From an uncultured Eubacteriales bacterium (GTDB lineage: Bacteria > Bacillota > Clostridia > Oscillospirales > Acutalibacteraceae): a stretch of 64,000 nucleotides of DNA. Shown here in pieces: positions 47,115-54,923 of this stretch. The stretch spans positions 12,898-76,897 of the forward strand of contig CAKSGV010000006.1 of NCBI GenBank assembly GCA_934454845.1, written 5' to 3'. The notes beneath the pieces are model-generated. The model searched no databases. It was not told the origin of the DNA and was given only the letters and a program-made list of their open reading frames with translations. The position numbers and the translations under genes were made by a program. The first letter of the stretch is position 1. Each line of letters starts with the position of its first letter.

Positions 47115-47831
47115 TCAATTGGCGACATAAAGCTGTTTATAAGGGTTTTTAGTGTCGGGTGTTATAACATAAAAATCCTCCGAGATAACTTCTTCAAAAT
47201 CGTACCCGAAAATCGAACAAAATCTTTCTAAAACAGGAAGAATATCATCCATATCTTTCTTATCTGCTTTTTTAACGGTCGTCTGCTTAGGAAACTCAAT
47301 ATTATCGATATTTCCTCTGATAATCATTTTTCCGCCGTGCATTCCCGTGCAGGGGAAATTGCCGACAGTCGGCTTGCTGCCATTTGTCAGACCCAATACT
47401 ATAATCAGTCCTCCCGCCTGGTACTCTCCGAGAAAGCTGCCTGCTTTTCCGCCTATCATTATAACAGGCTGTTTTTCCTCGTAAGCTTTCATATGTATTC
47501 CCGCACGGTAGCCGGCATTACCTTTTATAAAAATTTCTCCTCCGCGCATAGCGTAACCTACAGCGTCGCCCGCATTGCCGTAAATAATTATCTTGCCGTC
47601 GTTCATAGTATCTCCCACAGCGTCCTGTGCGTTTCCGAAAACCTTTATTTTGCCGCCTGTTAAATAAGCTCCCAAAGCATTCCCGGGAATTCCTTTGAGC
47701 GTTACGTTTCCGTCTTTCATTCCCGCGCATAAAAATCTTTGCCCCAAGCAGTTATCTATTTCTATATCCTTTTCATTTCTGATAGCTTCATTAAGCTCCG
47801 AAAAATTCTTATTTTCTGCACTTATCTTCAT
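47115..47831 (-). CDS. Glutamate synthase GXGXG-repeat (beta-helix) domain protein (GltB domain 3 equivalent)
   Basis: Repeated G-x-x-G-x-x-x-G turns: GIPGNALGAYLTGGKIKVFGNAQDAVGDTMNDGKIIIYGNAGDAVGYAMRGGEIFIKGNAGYRAG. Confidence 0.85.
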   Translation of the reverse strand: MKISAENKNFSELNEAIRNEKDIEIDNCLGQRFLCAGMKDGNVTLKGIPGNALGAYLTGGKIKVFGNAQDAVGDTMNDGKIIIYGNAGDAVGYAMRGGEIFIKGNAGYRAGIHMKAYEEKQPVIMIGGKAGSFLGEYQAGGLIIVLGLTNGSKPTVGNFPCTGMHGGKMIIRGNIDNIEFPKQTTVKKADKKDMDDILPVLERFCSIFGYDFEEVISEDFYVITPDTKNPYKQLYVAN

Positions 47832-47845
47832 TTTTTCACCTGCTT

Positions 47846-49351
47846 TTATTCTCCTGCGTGAGATATTCCGAGGATATCAAGTTCCTTTTGAGTCATATTT
47901 ATTCCTCTTAACATCAATCGGTTTCCTCTTAAGGCTTCTATAGAATTTATTCCCATTCCGCCGAGCATTTCCTTTATTTCATACTGCCACGCCGAAATCA
48001 CATTAATAAGCTTTTTGCAGCTCTTTTCGGAATCGAGCCTTTTAACAAGCTCGGGATTTTGAGTTGCAATTCCCCAGTTGCATTTTCCCGACTGGCAGTT
48101 TCTGCAAAGGTGGCAGCCCATAGCTATGAGCGCGGCAGTGGCAATATAGCAGGCGTCAGCTCCGAGAGCGATAGCTTTTATAACATCCGCCGAGCTTCTT
48201 ATACTTCCTCCCGCAATCAGCGAAACATTATCCCTTATTCCCTCGTCGCGCAGTCTTGTATCAACTGCGGCGATAGCAAGTTCTATAGGAATTCCCACAT
48301 TATCGCGAATTCTTGTAGGAGCGGCGCCCGTTCCTCCTCTTATGCCGTCTATCGCTATGATATCCGCTCCGCTTCTTGCAATTCCGCTCGCAATGGCTGC
48401 AATATTATGCACGGCCGCAACCTTTACTATAATAGGCTTTTTATATTCCGTGGCTTCTTTAAGCGAAAAGACAAGCTGTCTTAAATCCTCGATAGAATAA
48501 ATATCGTGGTGAGGAGCGGGAGAAATGGCATCGGACCCTTCGGGAATCATTCTTGTTTTTGAAACGTCACTTGTTATTTTCGATCCCGGCAAGTGGCCGC
48601 CTATTCCGGGCTTTGCCCCCTGACCCATTTTTATTTCTATTGCGGCTCCGGCATTAAGATAGGTTTCATAAACTCCGAATCTGCCCGATGCCACCTGCAC
48701 GATAGTATTATCCTTATATTTATAAAAATCCTTATGAAGTCCGCCCTCGCCGGTGTTATAAAGAATTCCTAAGGCCTCGGAGGCTTTAGCTAAACTTTCG
48801 TGCGCATTATAGCTAATTGAGCCGTAACTCATAGCGGAAAAAAGAACCGGCAGCGAAAGCTCAAGCTGCGGGGGCATTTTCTTTATTATTTTCCCATTTT
48901 CATCTCTTTTGATCTCGCTTGATTTTTTGCCTAAAAAAACTTTTGTTTCCATAGGCTCTCTAAGCGGATCGATAGGAGGATTTGTAACCTGAGAAGCATT
49001 TATAAGAATTCTGTCAAAGTATACCGGCAGTTCATTCGGGTTTCCCATTGATGATAATAATACTCCGCCGCTTTGAGCTTGTTTATATATCTCTTTTACC
49101 GTACTGCTGTTCCAATTCGCGTTTTCTTTGAAAGCACAGTCGGTCTTGACTATTTTAAGCGCGTGTTCAGGACACATACATACGCACCTTTGGCAGTCCA
49201 CACACTTTGTTTCATCGCTTTTAAGAGCTTTTGTTTTTTCATCGAAAAAATGAACTCCCATTGAGCACTGCTTAACGCAAATTCCGCAGAGAGTGCACCT
49301 TTCTTTATTTCTTACTATCTCAAAATCCGGAAAAATATAATCTTCAGCCAT
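47846..49351 (-). CDS. Glutamate synthase FMN/Fe-S catalytic domain protein with N-terminal 2x[4Fe-4S] ferredoxin
   Basis: CTLCGICVKQC and CVDCQRCVCMCP clusters, then a GltB domain-2 pattern (MSYGSIS...GEGG...KMGQGAKPGIGGHLPG...DGIRGGTGAAP). Confidence 0.88.
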   Translation of the reverse strand: MAEDYIFPDFEIVRNKERCTLCGICVKQCSMGVHFFDEKTKALKSDETKCVDCQRCVCMCPEHALKIVKTDCAFKENANWNSSTVKEIYKQAQSGGVLLSSMGNPNELPVYFDRILINASQVTNPPIDPLREPMETKVFLGKKSSEIKRDENGKIIKKMPPQLELSLPVLFSAMSYGSISYNAHESLAKASEALGILYNTGEGGLHKDFYKYKDNTIVQVASGRFGVYETYLNAGAAIEIKMGQGAKPGIGGHLPGSKITSDVSKTRMIPEGSDAISPAPHHDIYSIEDLRQLVFSLKEATEYKKPIIVKVAAVHNIAAIASGIARSGADIIAIDGIRGGTGAAPTRIRDNVGIPIELAIAAVDTRLRDEGIRDNVSLIAGGSIRSSADVIKAIALGADACYIATAALIAMGCHLCRNCQSGKCNWGIATQNPELVKRLDSEKSCKKLINVISAWQYEIKEMLGGMGINSIEALRGNRLMLRGINMTQKELDILGISHAGE

Positions 49352-50442
49352 CAGAATTTTCCCTCCCTGACCTTTATTATAACAGGCTCTCCGCCCGACG
49401 GTGCATAAATATTTTCAGCCTCCGGCTCCATAACCCTTATCGCCGCCTCTTCGCTTGCGACAAATACCTTATCTCCTTTTTCGGCTGTAACCATTGATCT
49501 CAATTTAAGCCTGTCGTTTAGAGCCATTATTCCGCCCGAAAAGCCCAAAATAATTGAAAAAGGCCCGGTGATAAGAAGACTCGGAAACATTTTTCTTAAA
49601 TAAAGATAGATTTCTTTTTTCTCATTATCCATTTTCTCAATAGTGCTCCAAAACGGAGCCGCAATAACAGCGGCGGTTTCTTTTAAAGTAAGTCCTTTTT
49701 TTCTTAAAAGGTAGTCGGCTATATAGGCAATTACTTCGGTATCGGTCTGAAGAGTGCATTTATAGCCGAACATTTCTATAAACCTGCGGTTGGCGTCATA
49801 AGAAGAAATTTCGCCGTTATGTACCACAGAATAATCAAGAAGTGAAAATGGGTGAGCTCCTCCCCACCAGCCGGGAGTGTTTGTGGGATATCTTCCGTGA
49901 GCTGTCCAGGAATAGCCCTCGTATTCGTCAAGCCTGTAAAATCTTCCGACATCTTCCGGAAATCCCACTGCCTTGAAAGCTCCCATATTTTTACCGCTGG
50001 AGAAAACATAAGCTCCGTTATATTTTATGTTAATATCCATAACTGTTCTTGCAACATATTCTTTTTCATCAAGCTGTAATCTTGATAAAATACTTGACAA
50101 AGGAGCGACGAAATATCGCCAAATAAGCGGAACGTCGGTTATTTCGGGAATTTTCTTTATCGGAATATTTTCCGCTTTCACTATTTCAAATCTATCCTTT
50201 AAAAGCCTTTCGCAGTTTACCCTGTCCTCATTATCATTATAAAAAATATGCAGGGCATAAAGCTCTTTATATTCGGGATAAATTCCATAAGCGGCAAAAC
50301 CGCCGCCGAGTCCGTTCGACCTATCGTGCATAGGGATCATACTTTTAATTATAGTTTCTCCGCTGAATCTTTCTCCCTCTTTAGAAATAACAGCGGAAAT
50401 AGCGCACCCTGAAGGAATACGGACTTCTCCCTCCAATTTCAT
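49351..50442 (-). CDS. Class II (Ntn) glutamine amidotransferase domain protein (GltB domain 1 equivalent)
   Basis: 363 aa with SGCAISAV near the N-terminus, HDRSNGLGGGFA and HGRYPTNTPGWWGGAHPF...VHNGEISS. The stop/start overlaps the next gene. Confidence 0.84.
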   Translation of the reverse strand: MKLEGEVRIPSGCAISAVISKEGERFSGETIIKSMIPMHDRSNGLGGGFAAYGIYPEYKELYALHIFYNDNEDRVNCERLLKDRFEIVKAENIPIKKIPEITDVPLIWRYFVAPLSSILSRLQLDEKEYVARTVMDINIKYNGAYVFSSGKNMGAFKAVGFPEDVGRFYRLDEYEGYSWTAHGRYPTNTPGWWGGAHPFSLLDYSVVHNGEISSYDANRRFIEMFGYKCTLQTDTEVIAYIADYLLRKKGLTLKETAAVIAAPFWSTIEKMDNEKKEIYLYLRKMFPSLLITGPFSIILGFSGGIMALNDRLKLRSMVTAEKGDKVFVASEEAAIRVMEPEAENIYAPSGGEPVIIKVREGKF

Positions 50443-50459
50443 AAGGCAAAACTCCTCTC

Positions 50460-50518
50460 AAAATAAAAAAGCGCTCATATTAATAAGGGTGAACCTTATA
50501 ATATGAACGCCTTTGTTC
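50460..50518 (-). promoter_or_regulatory. Leader attenuator module, copy 3: AAAGGC-hexaloop hairpin mutually exclusive with a long intrinsic terminator
   Basis: The minus strand reads GAAC-AAAGGC-GTTC (50518-50505). The GGCGTTCATATTATAAGG...CCTTATTAATATGAGCGC terminator stem (50511-50471) reuses the loop 3' half and the 3' arm, and is followed by TTTTTTATTTT. Confidence 0.6.
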
Positions 50519-50536
50519 AACATTTGATTTTTCCAC

Positions 50537-50565
50537 ATTATAGCACCGAAAAATCTTTTTGTCAA
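50537..50565 (-). promoter_or_regulatory. Consensus sigma-A promoter of the split glutamate synthase operon (TTGACA-17-TATAAT)
   Basis: The complement of 50565-50560 is TTGACA, the spacer is 17 nt, and the complement of 50542-50537 is TATAAT. Confidence 0.65.
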
Positions 50566-50662
50566 TAAAAGTTAAAAAATTTATCGGATTTTGTCGTATT
50601 GCTTTATTTTTTTAAGAAAAAATATCAGAAAAGATAAAAAAATTAATTTTTTTTAAAAACCA

Positions 50663-50691
50663 TTGACAAGTGATTTGCAAAGCGTTATAAT
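50663..50691 (+). promoter_or_regulatory. Consensus sigma-A promoter of the glnA-amt operon (TTGACA-17-TATAAT)
   Basis: TTGACA 50663-50668, a 17 nt spacer, TATAAT 50686-50691. Confidence 0.65.
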
Positions 50692-50702
50692 ATCACGCAT
50701 AG

Positions 50703-50757
50703 AAGACAAAGGCGTCTTAAGAGGAAAAATCTCTTAACGGCGTCTTTTATTTATTTT
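50703..50757 (+). promoter_or_regulatory. Leader attenuator module, copy 1
   Basis: AAGAC-AAAGGC-GTCTT hairpin (50703-50718). The terminator GGCGTC-TTAAGAG-gaaaaat-CTCTTAA-c-GGCGTC (50711-50744) is followed by TTTTATTTATTTT, and its 5' arm overlaps the hairpin. Confidence 0.6.
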
Positions 50758-50769
50758 ATATGTAATTTT

Positions 50770-50825
50770 GGGGCAACGGCGTCTCCTTTCCAATCAAAAA
50801 GGAAAGGAATCGCCGCCCTTTTTTA
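50770..50825 (+). promoter_or_regulatory. Leader attenuator module, copy 2
   Basis: GGGGC-AACGGC-GTCTC hairpin (50770-50785, with two G-U pairs). The terminator CGGCGTCTCCTTTCC...GGAAAGGAATCGCCG(CCC) (50777-50818) is followed by TTTTTTATTT. Confidence 0.55.
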
Positions 50826-50846
50826 TTTATAAAGGAGTTGTCAGTT

Positions 50847-52943
50847 ATGAAAACAGTACCGGAATACTTTGGAAGTCTTGTATTTGACGATCGTGTGATG
50901 AAATCCAAATTACCCAAGGATATTTACGATTCGCTCAAAAAAACTATAGATGAGGGCGCAAGCCTTAAAAATGATGTAGCAAACGCAGTTGCGGAAGCTA
51001 TGAAGGACTGGGCGGTCGAACACGGAGCCACACATTTCACGCATTGGTTTCAGCCGCTTACCGGAATTACCGCCGAAAAACACGACAGCTTTATAACCCC
51101 CTCCCCCGACGGCGGAGTTATAATGGAGTTTTCCGGAAAAGAGCTTATAAAGGGCGAGCCTGACGCTTCCTCTTTCCCCTCCGGCGGACTTCGCGCCACA
51201 TTTGAGGCAAGAGGCTATACCGCCTGGGATCCTACTTCTTATGCCTTTATTAAAGATAAAACGCTTTGCATTCCTACCGCGTTTTGTTCTTACGGCGGTG
51301 AGGCGCTCGATAAAAAGACTCCCCTATTGCGCTCTATGCAGGCATTAAATAAGCAGGCGCTAAGAATTTTAAAACTTTTCGGTAATGAAGATGTTAAATG
51401 CGTAAGAACATCTGTAGGTCCTGAGCAGGAATATTTTCTTATAACTAAAGAAATGTACGAAAAGAGAAAAGATCTGCAGTTTTGTTCCAGAACGCTTTTC
51501 GGAGCAAAGCCTCCTAAAGGACAAGAACTCGACGATCATTACTTCGGAGTGATCAAACCCAGAGTAGCGGCGTTTATGGCCGAACTTAACGAAGAGCTGT
51601 GGAAACTCGGAATTCTTGCTAAAACCGAGCATAACGAGGTTGCTCCCGCTCAGCACGAGCTTGCTCCTATATATGCGACAACTAACATCGCGACCGATCA
51701 CAACCAACTTACAATGGAAATTATGCAAAAGGTTGCGGCAAAGCACGGACTTGTTTGCCTGCTGCACGAAAAACCTTTTGCGGGAGTGAACGGCTCGGGC
51801 AAGCACAACAACTGGTCTATGGCGACCGACACGGGCGTAAATCTTCTTACTCCCGGCGAAACTCCTTATGAAAACGCACAGTTTTTACTTTTCCTTTGCG
51901 CCGTTATTAAAGCAGTAGACGATTATCAGGATCTTTTAAGACTTGCTGTTGCCACTGCAGGAAACGATCACAGACTCGGTGCAAACGAGGCTCCTCCGGC
52001 AGTTGTTTCTATGTTTTTGGGCGACGAGCTTTCAGCAGTGCTTGATGCTATTGAAAACGACAATCCCTATGCAGGTACGGAAAAGACCGTGATGAAGTTA
52101 GGCGTTCATACTCTTCCGAAATTTACAAGAGATAATACCGACCGCAACCGCACCTCGCCTTTCGCGTTTACGGGAAATAAATTCGAATTCCGTATGCTCG
52201 GCTCTTCAAACAGCATTGCCTGCACAAATATTATGCTCAATGCCGCGGTGGCAGAGTCATTAAAAATTTACGCAGACAGATTAGAGGGCGCAGAAGATTT
52301 TGAAACCGCTCTTCACGATATGATTAAGAAAACTATTAAAGATCATAAGCGCATTATATTTAACGGCAACGGTTACGACGATTCATGGATAAAGGAAGCA
52401 ACCGAAAAGCGCGGACTTTTAAATCTCCGCACCACGCCTGATGCGATTCCTAAAATCCTTGATAAAAAGAATGTGGAAATGCTTACTTCTCACAAGATAT
52501 TCACTGAAGCGGAAATAAAATCAAGGTATGAGATAACCCTTGAGAATTACTGCAAAACGGTAAATATCGAGGCTCTTACAATGATAGATATGGCGAAAAA
52601 GGAAATTTTGCCTGCAATAGAAAGCTATATTAAAGAGCTTTCTAAAACAATAAGTCTTAAACAGACGGCAGTTCCCGGTTCTGCTTCTTCATACGAAAAA
52701 GACACGGTCAAGAAATTATCCGTGCTGACAGATGAAATTTATTTTGCCGAATCGGATCTCGAAAGCGCTGTTTTGAAGCTTAAAGATATCGAAGATGTGG
52801 GAGAAGAATCAAAATTCATCCGCGATGATATTCTTGATAAAATGGCAAAACTCAGAGTTCCTTGCGATGAAGCGGAAACTCTCACCGCATCAAAATACTG
52901 GCCCTTCCCGACTTACGGAGAATTGCTTTTCGGAGTAAAATAA
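50847..52943 (+). CDS. glnA: Glutamine synthetase type III (GlnN-type)
   Basis: About 698 aa with GSIII-typical motifs (FHWFQPLTG-like [37 protein letters not shown]). The ATG at 50847 is 9 nt after AAAGGAG; the track's TTG at 50838 is less likely. Confidence 0.95.
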   Translation: MKTVPEYFGSLVFDDRVMKSKLPKDIYDSLKKTIDEGASLKNDVANAVAEAMKDWAVEHGATHFTHWFQPLTGITAEKHDSFITPSPDGGVIMEFSGKELIKGEPDASSFPSGGLRATFEARGYTAWDPTSYAFIKDKTLCIPTAFCSYGGEALDKKTPLLRSMQALNKQALRILKLFGNEDVKCVRTSVGPEQEYFLITKEMYEKRKDLQFCSRTLFGAKPPKGQELDDHYFGVIKPRVAAFMAELNEELWKLGILAKTEHNEVAPAQHELAPIYATTNIATDHNQLTMEIMQKVAAKHGLVCLLHEKPFAGVNGSGKHNNWSMATDTGVNLLTPGETPYENAQFLLFLCAVIKAVDDYQDLLRLAVATAGNDHRLGANEAPPAVVSMFLGDELSAVLDAIENDNPYAGTEKTVMKLGVHTLPKFTRDNTDRNRTSPFAFTGNKFEFRMLGSSNSIACTNIMLNAAVAESLKIYADRLEGAEDFETALHDMIKKTIKDHKRIIFNGNGYDDSWIKEATEKRGLLNLRTTPDAIPKILDKKNVEMLTSHKIFTEAEIKSRYEITLENYCKTVNIEALTMIDMAKKEILPAIESYIKELSKTISLKQTAVPGSASSYEKDTVKKLSVLTDEIYFAESDLESAVLKLKDIEDVGEESKFIRDDILDKMAKLRVPCDEAETLTASKYWPFPTYGELLFGVK

Positions 52944-52956
52944 GGAGGAATTAAAA

Positions 52957-54669
52957 ATGACATACAGTGCGGTAAATACCATTTGGGTGCTGATTGGTGC
53001 CGCTTTGGTATTCTTTATGCAAGCAGGTTTTTCAATGTGCGAGGCAGGATTTACAAGAGCCAAAAACACGGGAAATATCCTTATGAAAAACCTTATGGAC
53101 TTCTGTATCGGAACGCCTTGCTTTTGGCTTGTAGGCTTCGGCATAATGTTCGGAGCCGGCACAGGACTTTTCGGTTGGATAGATCCTTTAATTACTAAAG
53201 ATTACAGTCACATTTTACCGGCAGGTGTTCCGCTTTGGGCATATGCAATATTCCAAACGGTTTTTTGTGCAACTTCCGCAACAATAGTTTCGGGAGCTAT
53301 GGCGGAAAGAACTAAATTCAGTGCATACTGCATTTATTCCGCCGCTATTTCGCTTTTTATCTATCCTGTTTCGGGACACTGGATTTGGGGCGGCGGCTGG
53401 CTTTCTAAACTCGGATTTCACGATTTTGCCGGTTCAACGGCAGTACATATGGTCGGCGGTATCTGTGCCCTTATAGGAGCTGCTATATTAGGCCCGAGAA
53501 TCGGAAAATATGATAAAAAAGGAAAACCGAAAGCAATTCTCGGTCACAACTTAACTTTTGCGGCTTTGGGAGTTTTCATCCTTTGGTTCTGCTGGTTCGG
53601 ATTTAACGGTGCTTCCACAGTCGGAATGGATACCGATGAGCTTATGATAAGCGCAGGAAGAATATTTTTCAACACAAACCTCGCAGCGGCTGTGGCTTGT
53701 TGTGTAACACTTATTTTCACTTGGATAAGATATAAAAAGCCTGATGTTTCTATGACTTATAACGCAGCTCTTGCAGGTCTTGTGGGCATTACAGCCGGAT
53801 GCGATGCCGTGGATCCTATAGGCGCCGCGATTATGGGAATAGTTTTCGGAATCGTAATTGTGCTGTCCGTAGAGTTCTTTGATAAAGTAGCAAAGATCGA
53901 CGACCCTGTCGGAGCTATATCCGTTCACTGCGTCTGCGGTGCTTTGGGAACGATACTTACAGGATTTTTTGCAACCGGAGTTTCAACCGAAAAAGGCGTA
54001 TTCTATGGCGGAGGTTTCCATTTCCTCGGAATTCAAACACTCGGAGTTTTATCTGTAGCGGCTTATGTTGCCGTAATAATCACTGTTGTGTTCCTTATTA
54101 TAAAACATACTATAGGATTAAGAGCTTCGGCAGAGGATGAAATTGCAGGTCTTGATGTTTCGGAGCACGGTTTGCTTACAGCTTATGCCGGATTTTCAAT
54201 GCTTCCGGATACTGTTTCGGAGGATGACGAAAATGTTACAGTCGTTTCCGGAGATGTTCCTCCGGCAGAAGCGATACCCGTTAAAAAAGTTCCATCATTC
54301 GATGAAACTTCGCCTAAATTCACAAAAGTTGAAATAATATGCAAGGAATCAAAATTTGAAGCGCTTAAAAAAGCACTTATGGATCTCGGAATCACCGGAA
54401 TGACAATGTCGCATGTTTTAGGTTGCGGAGCCCAAAAAGGTAAACCCGAATATTACAGAGGCATAGAAGTGGAAGCAAGTCTTCTTCCGAAAATCCAGCT
54501 TGATATTGTGGTCAGCAAAGTGCCTGTCAGAAGCGTTATAGAAACCGCTAAAAAGGTTCTTTATACCGGTCACATAGGCGACGGCAAAATATTTGTTTAC
54601 GATGTTGAAAATGTCGTAAAAGTAAGAACCGGCGAAGAGGGTTATGACGCTTTGCAGGATGTGGAATAA
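52957..54669 (+). CDS. amtB: Ammonium transporter (Amt) fused to a C-terminal PII (GlnB/GlnK) signal-transduction domain
   Basis: The N-terminal ~400 aa are Amt (FFMQAGFSMCEAGF, DFAGSTAVHMVGG, VHCVCGALG). After an acidic linker, the last ~115 aa read KVEIICKESKFEALKKALMDLGITGMTMSHVLGCGAQKGKPEYYRG...GDGKIFVYDVENVVKVRTGE, a full PII fold with T-loop. Confidence 0.92.
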   Translation: MTYSAVNTIWVLIGAALVFFMQAGFSMCEAGFTRAKNTGNILMKNLMDFCIGTPCFWLVGFGIMFGAGTGLFGWIDPLITKDYSHILPAGVPLWAYAIFQTVFCATSATIVSGAMAERTKFSAYCIYSAAISLFIYPVSGHWIWGGGWLSKLGFHDFAGSTAVHMVGGICALIGAAILGPRIGKYDKKGKPKAILGHNLTFAALGVFILWFCWFGFNGASTVGMDTDELMISAGRIFFNTNLAAAVACCVTLIFTWIRYKKPDVSMTYNAALAGLVGITAGCDAVDPIGAAIMGIVFGIVIVLSVEFFDKVAKIDDPVGAISVHCVCGALGTILTGFFATGVSTEKGVFYGGGFHFLGIQTLGVLSVAAYVAVIITVVFLIIKHTIGLRASAEDEIAGLDVSEHGLLTAYAGFSMLPDTVSEDDENVTVVSGDVPPAEAIPVKKVPSFDETSPKFTKVEIICKESKFEALKKALMDLGITGMTMSHVLGCGAQKGKPEYYRGIEVEASLLPKIQLDIVVSKVPVRSVIETAKKVLYTGHIGDGKIFVYDVENVVKVRTGEEGYDALQDVE

Positions 54670-54679
54670 ATAGTTTAAA

Positions 54680-54905
54680 AGCGATTGAGCCGGGACAGGT
54701 TTTAAAGGAAAACTCTTTACAGCGAGTATGGGATGGTGAGAGCCATGCAAGATAAATTCCTTTAAAATAACCCCCGGCGAGCTTTGATCCGAAATGAATA
54801 TTCAAAGTAGGTGATACGGGTTTCGCCCGTTACAGCGGAAATAATGAGAACAAAGATTGGTGGCACAGCGAGTTACAGCACTTGCCCAATTGAATGCTGA
54901 TAATT
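54680..54905 (+). promoter_or_regulatory. T-box leader, Asn specifier (AAU/AAC)
   Basis: Stem I base AGCGATTGAGCCGGG...CCCGGC, distal GGTGAGAG, specifier loop AAAAUAACC (54764-54772), AGTA-box region and a Stem III ACGGG-tttcg-CCCGT. The T-box sequence is AGATTGGTGGCACAGCG (54854-54870). It forms an antiterminator AGAUUGG/CCAAUU with the 7-nt bulge UGGCACA and helix GCGAG/CUUGC. Confidence 0.75.
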
Positions 54906-54923
54906 ATTTACGGAGGATTTATT

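Noticed and set aside
50698-50846. Considered whether the glnA leader is a glutamine riboswitch (glnA RNA motif) or a GlnR/TnrA operator (TGTNAN7TNACA).
   Set aside because: Neither the three-stem/E-loop architecture of the glutamine riboswitch nor a TGTNA-N7-TNACA site is visible. The structure is a pair of hairpin/terminator switches instead.
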